Shown: positions 34,606-35,144 of the stretch, piece by piece
Layout: each line of letters begins with the position of its first letter
Position numbering within the stretch: position 1 is the stretch's first letter
UHGV virus genome: UHGV-0201127
Reading direction: 5' to 3' (one strand)
Length of the DNA stretch: 35,144 nt
Origin: a virus
The notes under the pieces: model-generated
Told to the model about the DNA's origin: nothing
The model's input: the letters and a program-made list of their open reading frames with translations, nothing else
The model's database searches: none
Made by a program: the position numbers and the translations under genes

Positions 34606-35144
34606 ATGAAAGCATACAAAGGTTTTAACCCTGATATGACTTGTCGGGGCTTCAAATTCGAAAAGGGCAAAACTTATACCGAAGACAAAGCGGAACTCTG
34701 CAAAAGCGGTTTTCACGCCTGTTTAGACCCGTTAGAGGTTTTACGGTACTACGACCCGTGCGACAGTGAGGGCAACCTGCGGAAGTATCACGAGGTCGAA
34801 CTCGAAGACGTTGACGATAAACGCGAAGACGATACGAAAGTCTGCGGCAAAAAGATAACTATCGGCGCAGAACTTAATTTTGCTGACTTGGCAAAGGCGC
34901 ACGTCGAGTACGTCAAAGAGCATTTGGACGAAGAAAAAAGCGAGAACGCCACAGGCAACTGCTCGGCAGCGACTAACACGGGCAACTGCTCGGCAGCGAC
35001 TAACACGGGCGACTATTCGGCAGCGACTAACACGGGCTACTACTCGGCAGCGACTAACACGGGCGACTATTCGGCAGCGACTAACACGGGCAACTACTCG
35101 GCAGCGACTAACACGGGCTACTACTCGGCAGCGACCAACACGGG
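34606..35144 (+). CDS. 5' part of DUF7666-like phage protein with 9-aa repeats (continues at position 1 across the circular junction; 320 aa total)
   Basis: SD aaggag, ATG 34606. MKAYKGFNPDMTCRGFKFEKGKTY..KSGFHAC..PLEVLRYY is the typical N-terminus of this family. Open to the window end; gg|c joins in frame. Missing from the ORF track because it is split. Confidence 0.85.
   Translation, partial: MKAYKGFNPDMTCRGFKFEKGKTYTEDKAELCKSGFHACLDPLEVLRYYDPCDSEGNLRKYHEVELEDVDDKREDDTKVCGKKITIGAELNFADLAKAHVEYVKEHLDEEKSENATGNCSAATNTGNCSAATNTGDYSAATNTGYYSAATNTGDYSAATNTGNYSAATNTGYYSAATNT
34954..35144 (+). repeat. 27-bp coding tandem repeat GGC-NNN-NNN-TCGGCAGCGACTAACACG, 7 units (left arm)
   Basis: Direct reading; variable dipeptides NC, NC, DY, YY, DY, NY, YY. 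Confidence 0.95.

Noticed and set aside
1..35144. Stop-codon reassignment
   Set aside because: Genes are intact and densely packed under the standard code; TAA, TGA and TAG all serve as stops.

Overview
The window appears to be the complete circular genome of a ~35.1 kb temperate tailed phage, most likely of a gut Firmicute/Clostridia host (sigma-A promoters, strong SD sequences, standard code). The last 2 nt (gg) and first nt (c) join in frame inside a gene with 27-bp repeats. Modules: (i) lysogeny/control: tRNA-3'-end attP, tyrosine integrase, membrane-anchored XRE, cI/cro, and a second XRE switch at 1.1-1.6 kb; (ii) recombination/replication: Rad52-like annealase, SSB, DUF1064-like nuclease, DUF4373-like initiator, permuted C5 methyltransferase, ASCH, PAPS-reductase-like; (iii) late operon: TerS, PBSX-type TerL, portal, minor capsid, scaffold, Ig-fused capsid, connectors, a very short tail module, BspA-LRR fibre, and three membrane proteins with no recognisable endolysin. 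Most notable: two effector/immunity-like cassettes whose sigma-A promoter is superimposed on the effector's SD/start codon; two solitary 36-37 bp type II CRISPR-repeat-like elements with compensatory base changes; an unannotated type I toxin-antitoxin in a cassette that seems to split a tail gene; two SinI-like micropeptides; and an orphan origin-like iteron array. Family names come from motif recognition only; no searches were run.
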